From contig OX597815.1 of NCBI GenBank assembly GCA_951406725.2, forward strand, positions 110,298,001 through 110,362,000: a stretch of DNA of 64,000 nt, in the 5' to 3' direction. Source of the DNA: Octopus vulgaris (taxonomy: Eukaryota). Of this stretch, positions 14,091 through 28,312 are shown one piece after another; position 1 is the first letter of the stretch; the number at the start of each line of letters is the position of its first letter. Made by a program: the position numbers and the translations under genes. The notes below the pieces were generated by a model. That model was not told the DNA's origin. It saw only the letters and a program-made list of their open reading frames with translations, and did no database searches.

Positions 14091-14340
14091 AATTAAAATA
14101 TCAATCAATTAACATCAATTTAAACCAGTGGTCTAGCATATTAAAAAAAATCCGAGGATTTAAAAATTATATTACAATTAATAAGAGGAATGACTACTAA
14201 AGTGGTATTCTATACGCCAGAAATAGACGTCAAATCGCCTTACCACAAAAAGTGTGTTCTCAATAAAAGAAAATACCTAGCAAACGCCAAAATGTAAAAA
14301 ATAAGCAAGGCAAATGAAAATTTACAAAATAAAACGATTA

Positions 14341-14412
14341 CCTACGTATCATGATTTCATTATTAATACTTACAAAATGCAAGATGCAGTATCTGTAAAT
14401 CCTCAGCGTAGG
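14341..14412 (-). ncRNA. Type I hammerhead ribozyme motif (canonical core)
   Basis: CCTACG-CTGAGGA-long stem II-GAAA-TCATGA-TA-CGTAGG: perfect 6-bp stem I, palindromic stem III, AUA cleavage triplet. Confidence 0.8.
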
Positions 14413-14655
14413 CTGTCGTATTTCTAAACATATTTTACAGAACTATACACAGAAACGTTTTCCCGAAAGAAAACTCATGTACAGTTCTACAAAATATATT
14501 TGTGGGATTTTTCAAATGCCTTCACTTTGGCGCGCTAGTGCCGGAAAATAACCCTGCAGATAATAAATTACCGCAGTCAATTTACCAGATTGAGGACACT
14601 GTTAGTTTTTCTGTTTTGCGTGCAGTTCTTTCTCCTTTTTCTATATGTACATATA

Positions 14656-14818
14656 GGCACAGGCATGACCGTGTGGTAAGAAGCCTCCTTCCTAGCCGCA
14701 TGGTTCCTGGTTCAGTTCCACTGCGTGGCACATTAGGCAAGTGTCTTCTCCTATATCCTCGGGCCTATCAAAGCCTTGTGAGGGGATTTGGTAGACGGAG
14801 ACTGAAAGAATCCCGTCG

Positions 14819-14850
<32 letters not shown>

Positions 14851-15035
14851 TCTGTTTGATCATCCCACCATCGCTTGACAAGCGATGTTGGTGTGTTTAC
14901 GTACCCGTAACTTAGCGGTTTGGCAAAAGAGACCTATAGAATAAGTACAAAGAATAATTCATGGGGACAATTTATTCTACTAAAGGCGGTGCTCCCGCTT
15001 GTCCGCAGTCAAATGACTGAAAGAAGTAAAAGAAT
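14656..15035 (+). mobile_element. SINE family A
   Basis: A/B-box head, CORE-like block and family tail. Confidence 0.85.
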
Positions 15036-15846
15036 ACTCTTCAGAATGATTGGCTCTTACTTTTCATCTTGTTTACTCAATGCAAAAGACAAACTTACCT
15101 TTTATGTCTAGCCCCAGCTTACTGATAGTCATAAAGAAGTCGTAATATACAGCATCGTGCAAAAGTCTTCGGCCACTTTAAACTATTTAAAATTTCTATG
15201 TGGTGCATTTGGGATGCTGTAATTCTCCCCTTTATTCTCCTTTATATGCTTGCTTCACATTTCTAATCCTTTCAGTAAAGCTATGGCTTTCTTTGCAAGT
15301 ATATAAGATAATAGAGAAGCCTGTTTTATATCCCAATATGATAACTGTTGGGATATAAATTAATTATCTATCTCTCGTCGAGTAATCAGGTTTCCCATAA
15401 CTCAATAGAACTCGGCTTATTCCTATTTTAAAATGTTCGGGATGATTAGAATACATATCGTGTATTTACAAATAGGTCATGATGATGATGTTAGTGAATA
15501 AGTGGAGCTAAATAGTTGTGATTAAATAACTGAAACACAATTCTACAACCTAACTATAAACATTGAACAACCAGTATTAGAATGTAAAAGTAAAGCTTTT
15601 GCTCAAAAGTAATATATATGGATCGAGTACTACAAGGGAACTTGTTGCCATTTTTTTTTGGTCACATTTCTGCTTTATATGTTCCCATTTGTAACTCACT
15701 TTTCATTTATGTATTTCAAAATATTTTTCTTTGTCGGAATGTCTTGCTGTTATACTTAGAGATAGTAATATGCGAAGTGAGAGTGACGGATTGGTGGAAT
15801 CAACACATCGTTGAACGAAATATCGAGTAGTATTTAGTTATGGGTA

Positions 15847-16148
15847 GAGGTACATGGCCTAGTGGTTAGAGCAGCGGACTTGCAGTCGAGGGATCGCAGG
15901 TTCGAATCTCATACCTGGCGATATGTGTGTTTATGAGCGAAACAATTAAACTCCACGCAGCTCCAGCAGAAGGTAACGGCGAATTTCTGCTGACTCTTTC
16001 GCCACAACTTACTCTCACTCTTTCCTCCTGCATTTAGCAGCTCACCTGTGACGGACCGGCGTCCCGTCCAGGTGGGGAACCTATACGCCAATGAACCCGG
16101 GAAACCGCCCTTATGAGGAAGGTATGGCTCAAGAAGGAACAAACAACA
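15847..16148 (+). mobile_element. tRNA-derived SINE (family D-related)
   Basis: TGGCCTAGTGGTTAGAGC and GGTTCGAATC boxes, family D body. Confidence 0.8.
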
Positions 16149-16791
16149 TTTAGTTATGGACATTTCCTTGTGAGTCCAAATCCCACTGATGCTTACTGTA
16201 ATTTACATGTGTAAGGGAAAATAGATTCTTCTTTTGGCTAATTATATATTTCATAGTTTATATATCATAATCATATATTTCATAGTTTATATTTCATAGT
16301 TACATTTCATAGTTTCATTTAACGTTTATTTTCTCATAGGTTTTAAAATATACATTTTCATTTTAAAATGTTCGTTGAATAAAATTTCCATTTCCCTTAT
16401 TTATATTATTTTGCTTTGAAATTGGTGAAATCAAGCCAGCACGGGATAAATAATTTATTTTCTCCTCCACTTACAATATTTCAAATGAGAACTTAATTAA
16501 TTAATTTGAAAGTTTCTGAATTGAATTAATTGAATGATCAATTAACTCCCCACTGATGAATCTAATACGCGTGGTAACAAATTAGGAGATCGTCGCATGT
16601 TTCGCTTTTCAGACGTCTTTGTTTATCATCTTCTTCCCTCAAAATATTACTCGTTCCCCGAAAGGGCGTTTGAACTCAGAACGTAAAGACGAATGAAATA
16701 TTGCTAAGCATTTTGTCCGGTGTGCGAAAGATTTTGCCAGCTAAAATGTTCGTTTCTCATACATACATACATACATACATACATACATACA

Positions 16792-17596
16792 TTTATGGCT
16801 GCCCCCTCGTTAGCAAGTATGGCCATTGCACGAAGCTTAACTGTTACTGGTGCTGTGATCGAATGTGACTTTTTAGCCCAGCTAAAGATCTACAATGTCT
16901 TGTACAAAATTGGCAACTAAAACCTTTACTGGTAATAGCCGGCTGTAGTTGTAACTGGGCTTCATGTACCTTTGCATGTCGTTTAAGTCCTCCTGCCGAA
17001 TTAAACTCTCTTCCACATGCCCGACAGATATGATTAGTATGGTGTGTTACACCACCACCAGTGGCCAGGTTGTCACTCATCTGTCTCGTTTTATGACTAC
17101 GAAGATGACTCATGAGTCCAGCTTTACTGAGGCAGGGTCTTGCACAGACATTGCATGTCAGAATCAACGGAAGACCCTTCCCTTCTGGAAGTGTAATAGC
17201 GATGCCCTTCCTGACATCCCCCCCCTTACTTTCTCATGTGCAACTCGAGATTTCTCAAAAGCGGCTGTCCCCTCATGCACAATCCTTCTCCACCTGCTAC
17301 GATCAATAGCTATGCCTTCCCGTGTGTCAGGAGAGATGCAAGCATCTCTTAAGGAAGCCTTCAGCAAGTCCTTATACCTCTTTTTTGGTTTATGTGGAGG
17401 TCGTTCTCCATAAAAGAGTTGTTTTGGCATCCTTGAATCCTTCATTCTGACCAGATGACCACTCCATCTGAGCCTTTGCTTTAACACAAGATCTTCTATA
17501 CTTTCACACCGAGAGCCTTCGAGTATTTCAAGATCACTGATGCGGTCCTTCCACTTAATGCCATAGATCCGTCTGAGGCACATCTGATGGAAACGT
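16792..17596 (-). mobile_element. 5'-truncated RTE-clade LINE with three C-terminal C2H2 zinc fingers
   Basis: RFHQMCLRRIYGIKW...RLRWSGHLVRMKDSRMPKQLFYG (RTE C-terminus), then a frameshift and three CxxC...HxxxH motifs. Embedded in (TACA)n on both sides. Confidence 0.85.
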
Positions 17597-17950
17597 ACAT
17601 ACAAACATACATACATACATACATACATACATACATACATACATACATACATACATACATACATACATACATGCATACATACATATATATAATAGCAAAT
17701 TAATTAATAAAACATATGCATACATACATATATATATATGTACATACCTACATCTATATGTATATATGCATACATATATGGATACAGGACACCAAAAAAA
17801 TAAATAAATAAATAAACGTAGAACACAACGAGAAACGAAAACAAAAATAAACACATGGAAATGGACGTTTTCAACGAAAAAACATAGTACAAGACATGCA
17901 ACACAAGGAACATTCCCCTTCTTCAGCTGCCCCTGCTTCGACTACTCTGT

Positions 17951-18020
<70 letters not shown>

Positions 18021-18581
18021 AGTGTGCATGATTTGATTATACTTTAATTAAGCGTTCTAACTGGCTTAATGTGTGCGTATGTCTGAGTGAGGGTATGTGT
18101 GTTTCTGTATTTATGTCCCTCATTTCAAAACGAAATTTTGTTGACCACAAAATAGCAAATATTTAAAAGTTCAAGAATGTAACAAATGCTTGAGCAAGTG
18201 TTGGAAAATGTAGGAAAAATTCCAAGTATTTCGGGTATTACGGAAAGATATTTAAAATATTCTTTAAAAAAAAACTGGTTTTCTCTTCCCTTTCCTTTTT
18301 GTTTCTTTCTTATTTGCTAACATGACAGAGTCTATGTGAAATTTTAACAAATCGACTAGAATTTCAAATTACCCTATCCTCCCATTTGGAAATTCTTGTG
18401 TTTTTATTCAAATTTATATTTATTGTCTTGGAGGTATCGTGTTACATAGCATTGTCTATGCGAATCGTCGGCAAAACCACCGACTCTTGGTACACGATAT
18501 TATTTTTTATATTTTAAACATTTCATTAAACGTGCTTTTATTGTTGATTATCCGAGGAAACGGATATACATACATACAAGC

Positions 18582-18661
<80 letters not shown>

Positions 18662-18683
18662 GCTTGTCTGTCTGTCTGTTTCA

Positions 18684-18753
<70 letters not shown>

Positions 18754-18828
18754 ACACACACTCACATACACATACATAATAAGCAATCTGTAACTATATA
18801 TAATATGCACACTGTAAATGCATATTAC

Positions 18829-18930
<102 letters not shown>

Positions 18931-20424
18931 TATACATTCTGTAATTGTGTGTATGTTGGTACGCGTATGCATAAGTGTGTGCCTGTGTGTTCGCTTGTGA
19001 TTTTTATATTATTTATAATGTCTGAAGTCTTAACTCCTCAATACTCATGTAGTATCACTTTATTTCTCACTTAACAGAGTCAAGATCAATATATCTTACA
19101 AGAACCACAAGTAAACAACCCATTATAAGCTATCACTGGCGTTTGCGTGAGTTCGTACGTGTATGTGAGTGAGTGTCTGTGTGTGTGTATTTGTGCATGT
19201 GTGTGCGAGCATGCGTATGCGTGTGCGCGTGCGCGTGTATCTTAGATTCAAGCAAAACGCATTAAAAATTCATAGATTTTGATTAGGCGCTGAAAATCTT
19301 GAGACTTCCTTCGCTGATGAGCCAAATCCGAACAGAAATCCACGAAAATAAAGATTCAGACAGACTGTTGCTGGGGTTGAATACGATGGCTGGGTGGGAG
19401 GGAAAAATGTTAAAGTAATAAATGCGTGCAGAAATATGTGCATATAAGGCGAAAGGCTGCGTGATCCATAAAATTTATAGAATGAATCATGCATATTAAA
19501 TAAAGCATATTAAAGCCATATTAAGAATGTAAATCGTGCAAAGGCGTTAACTATAAATTGTAAACAGGCTTTTATAGAGTATCATGCAATGAGAAAGCGT
19601 GTGGAAAATACTTGTAAGGGGGCTATAAAAATTATTGAATGAAGTATGCGTTCGATCAGATTGTTGAGCGATTAGATTGTAAACAAAACCGAGAAACAGT
19701 GCGAAAAGATTGTAAAGGAAAGAAGTATATGTAAATATGTGAGTAAAAGAAGAAGTTTGCTTAAAGCAAAAAAACAAAAAACAAAAAAAAAAAACGAAAA
19801 ACCCATATTTATGGCATTATAGACTCAGGCAGCCTTATAATAGGTCAGAGAGCATTTAAGGACGTGCGTGCATAACAACAAAAGGTGTGATTTTAAGTTC
19901 TTCCTGCAGGAAACCCGATACAGAATGAACGACGTTTCCATAACACAGCTGATGGCAAATCTTCCAGATGGAAATTCCTAGGCAACCGGAAGGGCTGCCT
20001 CTGACGAAATTAACAAGTTATACTGAATGTATACGCAGGATTTTCTATCTCACAAACAAAATATATTTCGACAAATTTACGTACTTCCTTTCTGACGTAG
20101 GAAAAGAGTATCTATGTTGATAAATATACACTTTTATAAAATTCAGCTAAGTAAATTCTCTCAAAAACTCTAGTACCGGTCCGCTGCTTACATATTTTAA
20201 AGTACGGCATTTTAATGATTTTGCCAGCGTATTACCATCAAGGGATGTATTTTTTTCATTTGACTTAATTACAGTTGAGTGCGGAATTAACTAAGTCGAA
20301 AAGCCGGTTAACAATTCAACTTCTGAAAGAACTAGCGATGTTTTACAAGCGGAATAGTTTACTTTAATATAATTCCTGTTAAAGAATTGATCTCATTTGT
20401 CGTTAAATTGGAAATTGTCTCCAC

Positions 20425-20572
20425 GTCATGAGTTCAAATTCCGCCGAGGTCAAATTTACCTTTCATCCTTTCGCGATCGATAAATTAAGTACCAGTTGCG
20501 TACTGAGATCGATTTAATTCAGTGGTCCCCTCCCTCCAAAATTTTGGACCTTGTGCCTAGAGCAGACAAGAA
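20425..20572 (+). mobile_element. SINE family B 3' part
   Basis: GAGTTCAAATTCCGCCGAGGTC...CTTGTGCCTAGAG. Confidence 0.75.
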
Positions 20573-20628
20573 TAAATTGCTTTTTGATACACTCAGGCTT
20601 CTCTATTAACTTTTAATGTGTATATATA

Positions 20629-20674
<46 letters not shown>

Positions 20675-20722
20675 TTTACCAGAAAATGCCGGGCAGCAAG
20701 ACTAGTACACAACAGACACACG

Positions 20723-20932
<210 letters not shown>

Positions 20933-20938
20933 CGTGTG

Positions 20939-21205
20939 TGGAGGCGCAATAGCCCAGTGGTTAGGGCAGCGGACTCGCGGTCGTAGGATCGCAGTTTCGA
21001 TTCCCAGACCGGGCGTTGTGAGTGTTTATTGAGCGAAAACACCTAAAGCTCGACGAGGCTCCGGCAGGGGATGGTGGCGATCCCTGCTGTACTCTTTAGC
21101 CACAAGTTTCTCTCGCTCTTTCTTCTGTTGGCCTGCTCGCTTAGCCAGCGGGGAGGCGTCATTTAAAGGCTAATACAATGCGAAGCGCATTGTGACCAGC
21201 AATGT
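20939..21205 (+). mobile_element. tRNA-derived SINE family D
   Basis: tRNA head. Tail GGCCTGCTCGCTTAGCCAGCGG also appears alone at 53065-53177 (-) and 62907-63022 (+). Confidence 0.8.
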
Positions 21206-21250
21206 ATGTTGACTATAGAAAATATTGGAGTATTTGGGCACGTAAAATCT

Positions 21251-21396
21251 CGACAGTAAAATTGGCATTAGAACGCGTGTGAGTCGAAACCACAGCTCTT
21301 ATTTTCTTACACTTATCGCAGCACACTTATCTCCAAAATAAGAGGGTTGGGTTCGATTCCAACGCATACTAATGCCCATAATTTTTTTTACCGTCG
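21251..21396. repeat. Imperfect fold-back element
   Basis: GGCATTAG/CTAATGCC and CTCTTATTTT/AAAATAAGAG arms, with a B-box-like GGTTCGATTCC in one arm. Confidence 0.55.
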
Positions 21397-21826
21397 TGTA
21401 TATTATATACTAACATTTGGCTATTTCCTCTCGTCAATATACGGTGATTGCTTACTATTGTATATATTGAAAAGCAGAAAATTGAAAGATTTATTTGTAT
21501 TATTTATGGTCCATTATGTGTGTTCCATTTGCTAATAGGAATTAAAGAGTTGTACATGTTAGATAGACATGCAAGGAATTCCTATTAAAAATTCTTGGGG
21601 AAATCAAATAATACAAATTTTACATGTGGATGAAACGTTTATATTTAATTAATAAGCTGGAGCAGAATAAATAAACATATGTTTGTGTGTATGTGTGAGA
21701 GAGAGAGTGTGTGCATGTCTGTGCGTGCGTGTGTGTTATATATATATATATATAGATATATAGAGTTTTGACGTTTTTGAGGTATATGTATACATACATA
21801 AATAATACATACATATATATATATAC

Positions 21827-21938
<112 letters not shown>

Positions 21939-22248
21939 ATATATATATACATACATACATATTTCATGTATATACATCTAAATCCATGTATATTAGAAGT
22001 ATATTAGGTAAATGTCTTTTATTGTAATCATGTGTCGATCTATGCCTTCTGGAAATTCGTTGGATGGATCGTGTCCATAGTCCAAGGGTCTGTCTTAGTC
22101 TCACACTATCTCACTCTGATTTCGCTTGAGAATTACATTAAGAGTACTTTGTATGTGCGGAGTACTCTGCCACTTATAGTCTAATTCAATAAGCTTTGGT
22201 ATTTCAATTGATCGGACATCTAAAATCTCATAGCCGAAAAGGAAGAGT

Positions 22249-22288
<40 letters not shown>

Positions 22289-23454
22289 GGAGAGAATGAG
22301 TGTGTGTGGTTGTGTGTATATATATGTATATATATGAGTACCATCAGCTCGTTTGCATGTCTGTCTATTCATCTTTTAATTTACATGATTAAATGAATTT
22401 CGTCTCCTCAGCCTAAACCTCTCTCATTAAGCATCTCATTTCCTCCTGTTCATATATTTTTTAATCTTTTTTTCTTTTCGTTATCGTTATATTTTGTTTT
22501 ATTTACAGTCGACGAAATAATCCAGCCTTGTTGCAGATTCACAAAAAAAAAAAAATAAATACACACTAATCTTGTGCTTCCTCTACACTCTTATAATTAG
22601 TGTCGTTATGATTATCATTTATGATATTTAATCCCTGCTTTAGAGGTGGATTAACCGTATTTTACTTCTTTACTTTTTGTTAGTATATGTGTGTGTGTGT
22701 GTGTCTATGTACGTATGTATGTATGTATGTATGTATGTATCTATGTATGTGTGCGCGTGTGCATGTGTGTGTATGTATATAAATATATATGTATTCGAAT
22801 ATATAAGTGTGTGTGTATATTTGTATATATATATATATATACAAATACACATACACATAATTCATGTATGTATGTATGTACTTATGTATGTATGCATGTA
22901 TTTGTGTTTCTTTGTAATTATTTAATTGTACTAGCTTGAGTTAGTGTAACAAATTCGGTAAAGAACAATCAAGATGATGGCTATTTTAACGTTTGTATGT
23001 TTTTTTTCCCCCTTTTTGTATATATTTTGTAACATTTTGAAATACTATAATTATCTTTTATCGGCGATGGTAAATCGCTAGACAAAATATCGCTTAGTAC
23101 TTAAGTTACCTCCCTTTATATTACATATAAGTAGTTGGATCCACGTAAACGATCATGCCCTTACCTGCAAAGCCAATCTGGGAAAACACTCATCTAGAAA
23201 AGCACCGAACAAAATGCTTTGAAGCTATTGTTGCGGCTTAGACGATGATCACCCATGACTGAGCAAACCCAAGAACAAAATCATTGTCAACGTAAACATA
23301 ACGTTTTTCTCTCTGGCATTATGTATCTAGGAATACATTATCTAATATTTCTTTCCTTTTTGAAGACAGCAACGTGCAACTTTTCAGAGATTTGGTGTAG
23401 TTTTTCTAGCAACTCTATTGGATTCATAGGGGCACCCTTCTTATACATGATACG

Positions 23455-23860
23455 CCTCTTGGCCGTGTGGTAGGAAGCTTGCTTCCTAATCGCATAGTTC
23501 CGAGTTCAGTCCTACTGCGTGACACCTTGAGCGAGTGTCTTTTATTATAAGCCTCACCCGACCAAATCTTTGTGAGGGAATTTGGTAGACGGAAACTGAA
23601 AGAAGCCCGTCGTATATGTAATCTATGTAGGTGTGTCATGTCATTATGTCTGTGTTTGCCCCACCCCTCACCGCTTGACAACAGGTGCTGGTACATTTAT
23701 GTCCCGTAACTTAGCGGTTCGGCAAAAGACATGGATAGAATAAGTACCAGGTTTAACAAAAAAAAATAAGTACTGGGGTTGATTCATCGAAAAAAAATTC
23801 TTCAAGTCAGTACCTCAGCATGGCCACAGGCTAATGACTGAAACAAGTATAAAATAAAAG
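23455..23860 (+). mobile_element. SINE family A
   Basis: Same head, core and tail, more diverged. Confidence 0.8.
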
Positions 23861-24829
23861 ATGTTGTTTATTCCAATTCAACTTGAAACATCTTCTCATT
23901 TCATCCTTCCAGGGTCGTTAAAATAATCACTTATTACAAACAATTATGCATTTCATCACGCAAAAAAAGGTTAAAACGTAGACTCCTTCCATCTATTTTA
24001 CAAGTTATTATTGTTTTGGGATCAAGAATAATGGTTGCTAGAAATGACAGTAATGGGTATAACATAATGTCTTTCAGTATCAAAACAAGGACCGTTCTTG
24101 ATATTCATTCTCTTTTCAAATCCTGTCAAAATCTTATTTGCCTTTTGTCAATTACTAAAATATAATAGCAGTTACGTACTTGGGATCTATGGGGTCTATA
24201 TAATCGACTATTGGGCCATCTGTATATGCCATAAAACTGGGATTCTTATTTTCCATTATACGTGGCCTTATATCAACTTCACAACTTATTAACTTTGTTT
24301 GTGATGTCAGTTACGTTACAGCATTTTGCGTTCCAATACTATCAAGCGTCATTTACATTTCATTTTTCAGGGGCCATTGCTAGTTGTTCTGTGTAGTTCC
24401 CGGTCCTATCCTAATTGAGAAAACATTTGATCCAGACCTGACCATTCCCTATGCTGTTGAGAATTTGAGGATGTGATTTTAAAGGGTATTTGTCCGCCAT
24501 TTTCTGCCGATCTAGCTTGAGGCTAACGTAGAAGCTGCCTCGTTCGGTCATCCACGTCAGGCATTTTAGTAAAATCGTCTATACTCTGGGTTCAATTCAG
24601 GCCGGATGTCCACTTTTACCTATCATCACTCTAGACGTGATATAAAATAGACAGCTACAAAGTTGAGCTTTGTACTTAAGTACATAGAGGCAAACCAATG
24701 ATTAAACAATGAATTAAACAAAAACAAAAACTAAATAGACAACTGCACTAATGACAACAACAACCAAATTTACGATCTTTCATGTTTTATTACACTAAGA
24801 AAACAGGAAGTAATAAATGTAATGCTGTT

Positions 24830-24897
<68 letters not shown>

Positions 24898-25329
24898 AAG
24901 TAGTCGTAGTCAGCCACAGGAGAAGGCTCTATGTGGTCGCTAGTTCTGCTAGATATAACAGTCAATTCTACCTTAAATACCACCATACTGCCTTGATAAA
25001 GGATACAGTATATATACCCTCTAACTGACACTTCTGCGGCCTCATTCTTTGAACTGCTAGAAATATCAGTTAAATCTCTCCCTAGTAACAACATTTTATC
25101 TCAAATAAAACCAACTCGAATAATTTAGTTCGGAATCAATATTCTTTAAAGAAAAGAATAAACGAAAATGGTCAACATTAGAATGTTTCTGTTCAGAGGT
25201 TTGCTCGACTGGGGATGGGGGGGGGGTGACTTCATTTTATGGGATTCGGATGGGTTAGATGCAAAGCTGAGCTCAGCGAGAATTGAACTTAGAATGTAAG
25301 GAGCTGACGTCATGATACTGCAAATTCTC

Positions 25330-25792
25330 CGTCATCTCCCAATTCTATATTAAATAATTTCGACGAATTTCTCTCACAGCTGCACGCATATCCGCGATGT
25401 TTGTCTAAATTCTGCTGGTTGCTGCCCTCCCAGAACGTTCGTCACTATCATCATTTTTGCCAGCCAACTTGGAAATGTCTGAACCACTCGTTCACTTGTG
25501 TGCGGCTCATACACTCCTCGCCATACAATTTATGCAGCTTTGCGTAGACCTCTGAGCAGGTAACGCCATGACAGCTTTCTCGGTCATGGTCAATGCGACG
25601 ATCACACGCTATACACCTTCCTTCATCGCACTGCTATAAACATCGGAAGTGAGCTAGAACGTTAAAACTTATTGCACTTTAATGCGCATTCACAACAGAG
25701 TTCAAGATCAATCTTTGGGAAACGGCTTCACGCTGCGTGCTTTAGCTTCGTTACTATAGCAACTTATTGACACTTATTGATCAGACCTCGTA
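25330..25792 (-). mobile_element. mariner 5' fragment
   Basis: HTH-region translation LHKLYGEECMSRTQVNEWFRHF...DERSGR and terminal TACGAGGTCTGATCAATAAGT TIR. Confidence 0.7.
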
Positions 25793-25864
25793 TTGTTCCC
25801 TTACTTTTACAGATGGAATTTCAACTTTGCACAGCAAGGTAACGAAGCAATTGTGGATAATATA

Positions 25865-26725
25865 CAGGGTGTACCAGAAGTCTTGGGCATATTTTGACAT
25901 TGAATATCTCGAAAACTATTAAGGACATAAAAACGTGTCTGATATATTCTGAAAGCCTGTAATTTCAAATCTTTTATGGAGTGTTCAAATATGTTCAATG
26001 TGAGCACCATAAGTCACACAGCACACATCAAACCGATAGTCCAATTCTTGCCAAACGCGTTCCAGCATTGCGTTGTCGATGGTTGCAACAGCTTTCGCTA
26101 TTCGGGCCTTCAGTTCATTCACGTCTTTTGGAAGGAGAGGCACATAGCCCAGTCCTTTCATCGCTAAAAACAAGCCGGTCATCAAATCTGTCATTTTCCA
26201 ACTTCTCTTGCATTGCGATGCCAAATTCACGACGAACTGGTTTATCTGTGTCCTGCAACTGTTGGACTAACTGTAGCTTGTAAGGTGTCATCTGCAGTCT
26301 TCTTTTTAAGATACGCCAAACAGTTGTTGTAGGAAGCTGAAGTTCCCTACTGGCTCTTCTGATCGATTTACGGGGGCCCCGCTCGAAGGCAGTTCGAACT
26401 CGCTCGACCGTATCATCTGAAGATGAGGGGCGTCCCGTTCTCTTAGCTGGGCACAAACACCCATCCTTCATGAATTTACCATGTCATCTCAACATGGACT
26501 TCCTTTCTGGTGCCTCTTTTCGGAATGTTGTGCGAAATGCACGTTGAACAAGTGTTTTCTGGTTGAGTGAACGCCATTACTGGATCTGAAAAAATATGAA
26601 AAAATCATTAGCATTTCAAAACAAATGAATTTAACTTTAAAATGGTACCAGTTTCATCTTACTACCAATCAAAGTCCAGCAAATATGAGGACTTGAAATG
26701 TGCCCAAGACTTCTGGAACACCATG
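25865..26725 (-). mobile_element. Internally deleted Tc1/mariner (rosa/DD41D-like) transposon
   Basis: TIRs CAGGGTGTACCAGAAGTCTTGGGCATATTT and AAATGTGCCCAAGACTTCTGGAACACCATG with TA TSDs. ORF pieces GRP...PRKSIRRASREL...PYKLQ...VFSDE joined to the C-terminus ELKARI...GAHIEHI. Confidence 0.88.
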
Positions 26726-28209
26726 TAGTATACACAGACCTTTTACTTGTTATTTCGGTGTAGTCCCCGGTCATATCCTAATCAAGAAAACATGACCATT
26801 CCCTATTTTCTTAAGGATTTTTACTGATAGAATTTGAACTTTGCATAGCAAGATAAAGAATCATTCCTTAATAATATAGTATACACACACCTCTTACCAG
26901 TTATTTCTGTGTAGCCCCCGGTCATATCACGCTGCTTACATCTACGTAAATAGGATAAGAGATAAGAAGTTCTTCCAAAGAAATTTGCTAAACCTAAATG
27001 TCGACATTATCTGAGTATAAACTTAAATTGGGTGCAACAGAAATATGAATACCTTATCAATGTACGCCATACATATATAATTATTCACAGCACAATAGAT
27101 AAGACAAAGCCTGGTTAGCTAATATTAATTCCATGATGAATGATATCAACGTTATTTATATCAGTATGACCGCTGCTTATTACAATTTTCCGCTCTATAA
27201 ATAATGTAATTTTTATTATTGATAATCACAGCAAAACTTCCAACAATTCTTTCCATTAAGAAAACGACAGTGTCCAGCAACAATCGGAACAATCAGTACT
27301 ATAACAATCATCACAAGCTACAACTGCAGCATCTTTAACAGAAAATGCCACCACGATTAGTATCAGCATAAGCTTCAATATTTACAGTAACAACGTAGGT
27401 GACAACAGCGACAGCAGCAGTTGCAACAACAACAACAACAACATCTCTAAAACATTCATATCAACATGACAACAAAACAAATATGGTTGCTAGCATAATT
27501 TACATTAACACCATTAGGTACACCAGCAAGAACAACAACAACACCACTATCATAACTACCACTCGGAAAACTTACAAAAATTATCAATATAAACAACAAC
27601 AGAATAACAAGAATGACCCCTAGCAGCAATAACGTCAACCACCAACGGCAATACATATAACAGTAAGAACAGCAAGAACCAGAACGGTAATAATAAAAAA
27701 AATTTCTATATTAACGACAATGTCTGCAACAAAGGTATATACACAACCACAAGCAATATCTGAAACCAACAGCAGCAACATCAACGACAACAACAACAAT
27801 ACCCACGTAAACAATTCCATAGCTGGCCACCGATATAACTCGTCTGCTTTAATTACAGTGCTATTAGCTCATCACACGCCACTTCATATTGTCTGTGGCT
27901 CTTTTATATTCATTACCATATTCTTATTATTATTTCATCCTTTTGTAATCAAGAGACAATGAATGCTGCAGGTATGAAAACTAAAGAAAAGTTAAAATGA
28001 AAAATTGAACTGAGGCCATTAGTGAATCTACAAAACGGAACCTCCTTCTTATTCGACGACGACGTTGAAATAATTTCTTGAATTCCTTGATTACATCAAG
28101 CTTAGTCATTACACACACACACACACACACGCACACACATGCACACGCATGCATATGTGCATACAACATATACATACATGTATAGAAATACCCACACGGA
28201 CACATGCAC

Positions 28210-28260
<51 letters not shown>

Positions 28261-28270
28261 CATATATATT

Positions 28271-28312
<42 letters not shown>

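Noticed and set aside
15148-15185. Tc1-like TIR
   Set aside because: No matching second TIR or transposase sequence was found.
16844-17167. Stand-alone C2H2 zinc-finger gene
   Set aside because: It is contiguous with the RTE C-terminus and 3' UTR, so it is part of a LINE.
17860-17935. CTGAAGA...GAAAACGTC on the minus strand
   Set aside because: Stem I is not complementary. It may be a relic, but that is unsupported.
19312-19350. CTGATGA hammerhead core
   Set aside because: No stem II or stem I pairing around it.
22390-22416. CTGAGGA-GAC-GAAA on the minus strand
   Set aside because: Stem II cannot form and stem I is absent.
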